Source of the DNA: Aplysia californica
Lineage: Eukaryota
Length of the DNA: 64,000 bases
Reading direction: 5' to 3'
Assembly: GCF_000002075.1 (NCBI RefSeq)
Contig: NW_004797274.1
Location: 550,832 to 614,831, forward strand
This document shows positions 62,344-64,000 of this stretch, one piece after another. Made by a program: the position numbers and the translations under genes. The stretch's first letter is position 1. The number at the start of each line of letters is the position of its first letter. The notes under the pieces were generated by a model that saw only the letters and a program-made list of their open reading frames with translations, ran no database searches and was not told where the DNA came from.

Positions 62344-63856
62344 ATACTGATTTTTTTTTTCTCTTTGTGTCCTTCAGCGGCTGAGTTGGTGTCCGATGAT
62401 GAGACCATTACCATTGTTGCTTCCACTGTGGGATCAGTCGGCTTTCTCTTGCTCCTCATACTTCTACTGATTTTCATTATCAGAAGGTTTGTAGATTATT
62501 CACTTCCTACAGTATCCTGTTTATATTCTTTGTACCCAGCAAAGTTGGAATTTAAAAAGGAGTCCACACTTTGCAAACAATTCAAATTAAACGGAGAAGA
62601 GTTTACCGAATATATAAGTTGGCTGATTCAGTTAGTAAGAGACATATGTGAGGCGTGTGGACAAAATGAGTTATTTCTATTTTGAGCCCTATAGATACAT
62701 CACACTTATAGGTAAAGATTTTACAATTTATTAGTATGAAATTATACATAAAGAATATGGCTTCAGTAGAAAATTTTCAAATTTGATCAAAGTATCAATT
62801 TTTTGCTAAATATCTCCATTTGTGGATTGTGAGAAGCACCTCATTTTGTCAGCATGTCTCACATATACTACTTTTTGTAACGTCATTTTGAGATACCTTT
62901 AGATTATTTTTTTAATTATATATATATATATATATATTTGTAGAATGGAGTGGCTTAATTCATGTTAAAAGATACTGAACATTTGAATGATGTTAATAAT
63001 TCCAGCAAACACTCAATTGGTTCTTGACTCATTGCTTCTTCCATAATTGCTATTGATGATACTGTTTTCCTCATGGCATTTATATTCCTGACGGCTTGAT
63101 TATGATTTGAAATTAATCTTTTATCCCTGCCATCCATCTCACTATTAATCTTGTTCATTAAACTTTTTTTTCTCTTGGACTTTTATTAAAGGTTTCCATT
63201 TTTGTAAAGTTAAATCCTCAAATAATACTTCTTTTTGCTAGACCTTTCACTTCATCATCCTGTGGTATGTTTGTTTTTTATATAGATGTAGAAGATACAA
63301 AATGCTATTATTTTTTCCCCTAAGATAAGATAAGATAAGATAAGATAAGATAAGATGAGATAAGATGAGATAAGATAAAATAAGATAAGATAAGATAAGA
63401 TAATAGTTTGTTGTCCCAGAGGGAAATGCAAAAATTTCTTGGCTGCACAGGATCGTAAAAACAAAACATATTTTGGTACACAGAAAATAAATTGTATATA
63501 ACTCTCATTAAAATTCAATATGAAGAGAAATTCTTGTTGCTACCACTAATCCTTATTGTTATTTGTTATTAATATAATGAAATATCAGACTTCAGCTTGA
63601 AAATTCTTTTCTTTCCAGATTAAGAACAAAGCCGAGGTACAAAGCATCCCCTAGTGAGACGGATGCGGAAAGTTACTTCGCCAATTCCTCCCTGGGGAGG
63701 TCCTCAGGGATCATTACCCGAGCCAACACTAAGAGCTATGTGTCAAATTTTGGAGTTGACTCAAATAGCGATCCAGCAATTTATGTCAGTGACAAAGGTG
63801 CACAAGCTGATTTGAACGTTTCTTTTTATACGTTGGATAATAATGTGTATGTCTGA
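241..63856 (+). CDS. 5'-partial 48-exon gene for a giant Uninflatable/SVEP1-like type I membrane protein (GCC2_GCC3, PAN, EGF, CysD-like, LamG/pentraxin, HYR, sushi, TM)
   Basis: 48 manually traced exons with AG/GT boundaries and compatible phases; summed length 7608 nt with no internal stop; Cys spacing typical of EGF, GCC2/3 and PAN; hydrophobic TM followed by RRLRTK; stop TGA at 63854-63856. Confidence 0.9.
585..760 (+). mobile_element. dispersed retro-element 3' fragment with (ACTAAA)n-like tail (family C)
   Basis: ggttggcgggtgctctgat...gtgctgtaaaactcttactaaaactaaaa recurs at about 14124-14297, 40526-40975, 44046-44228 and 50855-51032. Confidence 0.7.
1843..2111. mobile_element. short TA-CAGT...ACTG-TA (pogo/Tigger-type) MITE with duplicated 3' end
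   Basis: ta|cagtcaact...agtcaactg|ta at 1843-2015; a second copy of the 3' 70 bp at about 2043-2113. Confidence 0.55.
2159..2326 (+). CDS. exon 2: GCC2/3 repeat
   Basis: ttccag|...|gtaaga, phase 1-1; RCPRGTH...CPVGTY...CPAGYSTAGIGSTGPEFC. Confidence 0.93.
3097..3252 (+). CDS. exon 3: GCC2/3 repeat
   Basis: gtgcag|...|gtaaga, phase 1-1; TCADNYVSSSGVIPCVECSGNTY...CASCPAN. Confidence 0.9.
3868..4120. mobile_element. MITE with about 25-bp TIRs
   Basis: taagctgacaaaacgctttttt at about 3876-3897 and its reverse complement at about 4092-4115. Confidence 0.65.
5262..5540. repeat. near-perfect about 138-bp tandem duplication
   Basis: ttgcttttgaaagtggaatgc...gcttactc(t)n occurs twice head-to-tail. 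Confidence 0.9.
10058..10309 (+). CDS. exon 4: PAN/apple domain 1
   Basis: ttttcag|...|gtgagt, phase 1-1; SVEECKNVC...CVGFSY...LCIIH...YDFYQRNC, six Cys. Confidence 0.88.
10211..11195 (+). repeat. degenerate about 180-bp tandem array derived from exon 4 3' end plus donor
   Basis: gccaacccagagtacgacttcta...gatgatcaggaaggtgagtgattg repeated about five extra times. Confidence 0.9.
11198..11435. mobile_element. MITE family A (about 240 bp, TA target, Tc1/mariner-type)
   Basis: ta|tgtgaagcgtgctgacaaaatgagttac...gtaactcattttgtcagcacgcctcaca|ta; copies at 37177-38278 (split), 52654-52883 and 62647-62863. Confidence 0.88.
11665..11835 (+). CDS. exon 5: GCC2/3 repeat
   Basis: ctttcag|...|gtgggt; QCREGYYSGTGHEPNCRPCPAGFYSAPGAQLCTEC (frame not in ORF track). 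Confidence 0.88.
12082..12510. mobile_element. MITE family E (about 430 bp), reverse orientation
   Basis: TIRs gaaatcagacgctcgtc / gacgagcgcctaattcc; body is the reverse complement of the 18247-18673 and 61611-62017 copies. Confidence 0.8.
12525..12611 (+). CDS. exon 6: EGF1 (N-terminal part)
   Basis: ttttcag|...|gtatgt; CATNPCANSGVCRVENHQFYCECPA. Confidence 0.9.
13203..13319 (+). CDS. exon 7: EGF1 end / EGF2
   Basis: tttcag|...|gtgagt; FRGRRCEEEINACASSPC...FKCNCVA. Confidence 0.93.
14384..14513 (+). CDS. exon 8: EGF2 end / EGF3
   Basis: tttag|...|gtaggt, phase 1-2; TTGVRCEVNLPDCFPDTCNGRGTC...CVEGFTGQ. Confidence 0.92.
14797..14939 (+). CDS. exon 9: EGF4
   Basis: aactag|...|gtgaga, phase 2-1; CDRLACDPVGTESC...CNCKPGYSGPRC. 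Confidence 0.92.
15482..15765. mobile_element. piggyBac-like MITE
   Basis: perfect 14-bp TIR ctctttcactacca / tggtagtgaaagag flanked by TGAA / TTAA. Confidence 0.72.
15798..16010 (+). CDS. exon 10: EGF5 and EGF6 (lacking its sixth Cys)
   Basis: ttttcag|...|gtaaga; CLSQPCQNGGSC...CICSPGYSQ. Confidence 0.93.
16878..17693. mobile_element. non-autonomous pogo/Tigger-type DNA element (family B, 816 bp)
   Basis: ta|cagtcgaacctg...caggtttgactg|ta with subterminal acctgtctaagacgg repeats and a TA duplication. Confidence 0.85.
17825..17893. repeat. (TA)n microsatellite
   Basis: direct reading; similar tracts at 21553-21600 and about 55330-55364. Confidence 0.95.
18247..18673. mobile_element. MITE family E
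   Basis: tgtgtcacgacgtggtagaatcaggcactc...gagcgcctgatttcaccacactgcctcaca. Confidence 0.8.
18814..19056 (+). CDS. exon 11: PAN/apple domain 2
   Basis: ttgcag|...|gtatgg, phase 1-1; FCQAQCVFASDCVGFSF...GVCKSY...KSC. Confidence 0.88.
19538..19620 (+). CDS. exon 12: N-part of CysD/WxxW-like domain
   Basis: ttgcag|...AAG|gtactt, phase 1-0, needed to bridge exon 11 (ends phase 1) and exon 13 (starts phase 0); DDTFYSPYIRPRNFGGG. Confidence 0.75.
20793..20979 (+). CDS. exon 13: C-part of CysD/WxxW-like domain
   Basis: ctcccag|...|gtgagc; PLSAECR...VSCGTAGVYC...TCADLEVRFLC matches the C-x-D-Y-E-V-R-F-L-C end of CysD. Confidence 0.85.
21050..21200. repeat. (GAT)n followed by (ATC)n microsatellites in inverted orientation
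   Basis: direct reading. Confidence 0.95.
22100..22354 (+). CDS. exon 14: EGF6 last Cys, EGF7, EGF8
   Basis: ctaccag|...|gtactg; SGTQLC...CQREIDEC...CQNGATC...CAPGFT; in-frame alternative acceptor would start at 22106. Confidence 0.92.
22521..23711. mobile_element. MITE family E interrupted by a piggyBac-like insertion
   Basis: 5' part 22521-22592 and 3' part 23340-23711 join to match the 61611-62017 copy. Confidence 0.78.
22597..23335. mobile_element. non-autonomous piggyBac-like element (739 bp)
   Basis: ttaa|ctcttgtcctgtg...cgcaggacgaggg|ttaa: imperfect TIRs and TTAA duplication. Confidence 0.78.
24536..24666 (+). CDS. exon 15: EGF9
   Basis: tttcag|...AAT|gtgggt, phase 1-0; CATNIDDCLQATC...CNPGYTGPDCN. 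Confidence 0.9.
25170..25363 (+). CDS. exon 16: EGF10 and EGF11
   Basis: ccacag|GAG...|gtaatg, phase 0-2; EDIDDCLAAPCLHGGFC...CFDLFNGVFC. Confidence 0.9.
25939..26072 (+). CDS. exon 17: EGF11 end / EGF12
   Basis: gtcag|...|gtaatc, phase 2-1; CPDGTFGDLCEDRPNFC...CSNNATC. Confidence 0.92.
26746..26987. mobile_element. piggyBac-like MITE (242 bp)
   Basis: ttaa|ccctatccgtac...gtacagataggg|ttaa. Confidence 0.85.
27090..27209 (+). CDS. exon 18: EGF12 end / EGF13
   Basis: cctag|...|gtaggc; NDGQFCE...CENGGTC...CDCPS. Confidence 0.9.
27215..27645. repeat. 18-bp minisatellite (GAGTCTTGACTGAGACTT)n
   Basis: perfect core copies at about 27460-27546 with degenerate flanks. Confidence 0.93.
28103..28243 (+). 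CDS. exon 19: EGF13 end / EGF14
   Basis: ttacag|...|gtaaat; FTGKLCE...CPPTATCIDG...CPLGNTGASC. Confidence 0.92.
28890..29058 (+). CDS. exon 20: LamG/pentraxin domain part 1
   Basis: tttcag|...|gtgaga, phase 1-2; FTVKLWVKY motif. Confidence 0.88.
29573..29806 (+). CDS. exon 21: LamG/pentraxin domain part 2
   Basis: aaacag|...|gtaagg, phase 2-2; INDGNWHYVIITWDRDTG hallmark. Confidence 0.9.
30436..30609 (+). CDS. exon 22: LamG/pentraxin domain part 3
   Basis: cctcag|...|gtaacg, phase 2-2; VIVG...FVGCVSGMDLLSRAL. Confidence 0.88.
31014..31123 (+). CDS. exon 23: end of LamG/pentraxin and Cys linker
   Basis: cttcag|...|gtaaag, phase 2-1; WHEVIPYGNVDVERPS...CPRGQLSPDC. Confidence 0.85.
32265..32396 (+). 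CDS. exon 24: HYR domain, first half
   Basis: atgtag|...|gtaaga; DVTVPGVLDCPEDISV...VTWTEPTF. Confidence 0.9.
32981..33230 (-). mobile_element. RTE-clade LINE 3' fragment
   Basis: reverse complement of the 62047-62223 fragment, including the (GAT)n tail. Confidence 0.75.
33589..33684 (+). CDS. exon 25: HYR domain, second half
   Basis: ctgcag|...|gtaagg; FTRGDHTVIYAAKDEAGNTAFCSFKVFV. Confidence 0.9.
34528..34737 (+). CDS. exon 26: divergent sushi/CCP-like domain
   Basis: ttgtag|...|gtgagt; four Cys plus YTCGPGGDW...YPTC. Confidence 0.82.
34983..35365 (-). mobile_element. retroposed SINE-like insertion with Deu/Nin-like core and 13-bp TSD
   Basis: gactagtggtcct repeated at 34970-34982 and 35366-35378; T-rich tail on the left; minus strand has gcatgttaaagatccc...gataagagtagg...cccgggcaaaattc. 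Confidence 0.7.
35814..35932 (+). CDS. exon 27: linker domain
   Basis: gaacag|...GAG|gtatgt, phase 1-0; DVDISLKYKIDTPVC. Confidence 0.78.
36991..37109 (+). CDS. exon 28: linker domain
   Basis: ccacag|...|gtaaga, phase 0-2; WSDNICATTTCSDITVTVNC. Confidence 0.82.
37275..38137. mobile_element. family B (pogo/Tigger-type) element nested in MITE A
   Basis: ta|cagtcgtacctg...caggtttgactg|tt; flanks rejoin as MITE A. Confidence 0.85.
38839..38926 (+). CDS. exon 29: linker domain
   Basis: ttccag|...ACA|gtaagg, phase 2-0; SQLSNGVQTLPVQQVLLSEILDNDLLAFT. Confidence 0.75.
39539..39635 (+). CDS. exon 30: linker end leading into the GCC array
   Basis: ttgtag|...|gtaggt, phase 0-1; LVCPAGQVVRAESC. Confidence 0.85.
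40993..41154 (+). CDS. exon 31: GCC repeat 1 of 14
   Basis: ccccag|...|gtgaat, 162 nt; CGPGTFYNSSTVHCDNCPVGSYQ. Confidence 0.92.
42062..42223 (+). CDS. exon 32: GCC repeat 2
   Basis: gagcag|...|gtaggc, 162 nt; CILGFYQDEEGQFECKAC. Confidence 0.92.
43233..43394 (+). CDS. exon 33: GCC repeat 3 (type A)
   Basis: ccacag|...|gtaagt, 162 nt; CESGEQLLPTGNCAPCPAGTYR. Confidence 0.92.
43438..43521. repeat. (AGA)n microsatellite
   Basis: direct reading. Confidence 0.95.
44280..44441 (+). CDS. exon 34: GCC repeat 4 (type B)
   Basis: ttccag|...|gtaagt, 162 nt; CPVGEYQPDRNQRAC. Confidence 0.93.
48030..48350 (-). mobile_element. full-length tRNA-headed SINE (family D, CORE-like centre)
   Basis: minus strand: ggcctagtggttagg (A box), ggttcgaatccc (B box), then cttcacccagatgggaatgggtacc; homologous to 54737-55091. 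Confidence 0.82.
48823..48987 (+). CDS. exon 35: GCC repeat 5 (type A)
   Basis: ttgtag|...|gtaa then gap; CPSGQELVSNTCVDCDIAFYKDN. Confidence 0.9.
50396..50566 (+). CDS. exon 36: GCC repeat 6 (type B)
   Basis: atccag|...|gtgagt; CGLGTYQPLNYQTDC. Confidence 0.92.
51746..51913 (+). CDS. exon 37: GCC repeat 7 (type A)
   Basis: ccccag|...|gtaaga; CSRGYYKDNSVDRFGQC. Confidence 0.92.
53024..53185 (+). CDS. exon 38: GCC repeat 8 (type B)
   Basis: caacag|...|gtaagt; CGLAEYQPEKWQTSC. Confidence 0.92.
54539..54697 (+). CDS. exon 39: GCC repeat 9 (type A)
   Basis: taccag|...|gtaagt; CPVGKEDINGACRECPIGYFK. Confidence 0.92.
54737..55091 (+). mobile_element. tRNA-headed SINE (family D) with (TTA)n tail
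   Basis: gtccagtggttaggctaccggactcgcaa...cttcacccaggtgggaatgggta...tacaaatg-(tta)n; 5'-truncated copies at about 31605-31790 and 35505-35680. Confidence 0.8.
56120..56270. repeat. compound pentanucleotide array (TCTTA/CCTTA/CCCTA/CCTCA/TCTCA)
   Basis: direct reading; related tracts at about 41950-42040 and 63321-63402 (TAAGA)n. Confidence 0.9.
56339..56497 (+). CDS. exon 40: GCC repeat 10 (type B)
   Basis: tgtcag|...|gtgagt; CPYGQFQPAERQDKC. Confidence 0.92.
57519..57689 (+). CDS. exon 41: GCC repeat 11 (type A)
   Basis: tctcag|...|gtaagt; CEVGKELSPTLDECVPCPQGYFRD. Confidence 0.92.
58163..58327 (+). CDS. exon 42: GCC repeat 12 (type B)
   Basis: tctcag|...|gtgagt; CPLGSYNSEKWQDEC. Confidence 0.92.
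58703..58867 (+). CDS. exon 43: GCC repeat 13 (type A)
   Basis: tttcag|...|gtgagt; CPSGQQVNEATNQCEDCGLGFYRD. Confidence 0.92.
59202..59363 (+). CDS. exon 44: GCC repeat 14 (type B)
   Basis: ctccag|...|gtatgc; CPLGTYQSTAGSSSC. Confidence 0.92.
   Translation, partial: PHALRVASGTQLYLCVRIAHWERTSRRRAALAVRTAHNSKSPYKLGPQPAHSA
60079..60198 (+). CDS. exon 45: EGF15
   Basis: ttatag|...|gtaagt; CAAGSHSCSANADC...CKSRYQGDGVVC. Confidence 0.92.
61041..61157 (+). CDS. exon 46: juxtamembrane EGF16
   Basis: caacag|...|gtatgt; CDLPDPYCLNGATC...CSCTEVYTGIRC. Confidence 0.92.
61611..62017. mobile_element. MITE family E
   Basis: tgtgtcacgtcgcagtggaatcaggcactc...gagcctgatttcacaacaatacctcaca. Confidence 0.78.
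62047..62223 (+). mobile_element. RTE-clade LINE 3' end
   Basis: translates RGRPCGTWRRVTEMDV...TWNYIQRLAK...WKVFVCGLYP, resembling the RTE ORF C-terminus, followed by a (GAT)n tail. Confidence 0.78.
62378..62486 (+). CDS. exon 47: transmembrane helix
   Basis: cttcag|...AG|gtttgt, phase 1-2; ITIVASTVGSVGFLLLLILLLIFII then RR. Confidence 0.9.
63619..63856 (+). CDS. exon 48: cytoplasmic tail, probable last coding exon
   Basis: ttccag|, phase 2 matches exon 47; LRTKPRYKASPSETDAESYF...LDNNVYV*; the 3' end is uncertain because internal GT sites exist. Confidence 0.72.
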
Positions 63857-64000
63857 GCATAGAAACAAGTTTTTGCAGATTTTTATTTTGAAATTACTTG
63901 TGTTGTGAGCCCCTATGGAAAACTCTCAGTATAAGGGCCGGAAATTTCTGTTGATAATGTAATTTGTCATGTCTGTTTGCTGTGCTCTGGCATAAAATGT

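Noticed and set aside
62955-63260. Nested antisense gene (67-aa ORF)
   Set aside because: Short, with frameshifts and stops upstream and no splice context; at most a decayed retroelement fragment that I cannot support

Overview
Eukaryotic (invertebrate animal, possibly molluscan; this is an inference) AT-rich genomic DNA from a gapped draft assembly with about 12 N-runs. Almost the whole window is the 3' part of one + strand gene. I traced 48 GT-AG exons (241..63856, 7608 coding nt, about 2535 aa, 5' end outside the window), and the reading frame stays open across all 47 junctions. The product is a giant type I membrane protein: linker - GCC2/3 (ephrin-receptor-like Cys repeat) x2 - PAN/apple - GCC - EGF x6 (the sixth interrupted by PAN + CysD/WxxW-like domains) - EGF x8 - LamG/pentraxin - HYR - sushi - linker - GCC x14 - EGF x2 - TM - about 80-aa tail. 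The GCC-EGF-LamG core recalls Uninflatable/SVEP1-family proteins. Introns hold MITEs (TA- and TTAA-target types, several nested), SINEs, RTE LINE 3' ends and simple repeats. Most notable: a PAN+CysD cassette inside an EGF domain, strictly alternating A/B GCC exons, and five tandem duplications of exon-intron boundaries, one of which could give a TM-less isoform. No prokaryotic-type systems are present. Domain and repeat-family names come from motif recognition, not database searches.
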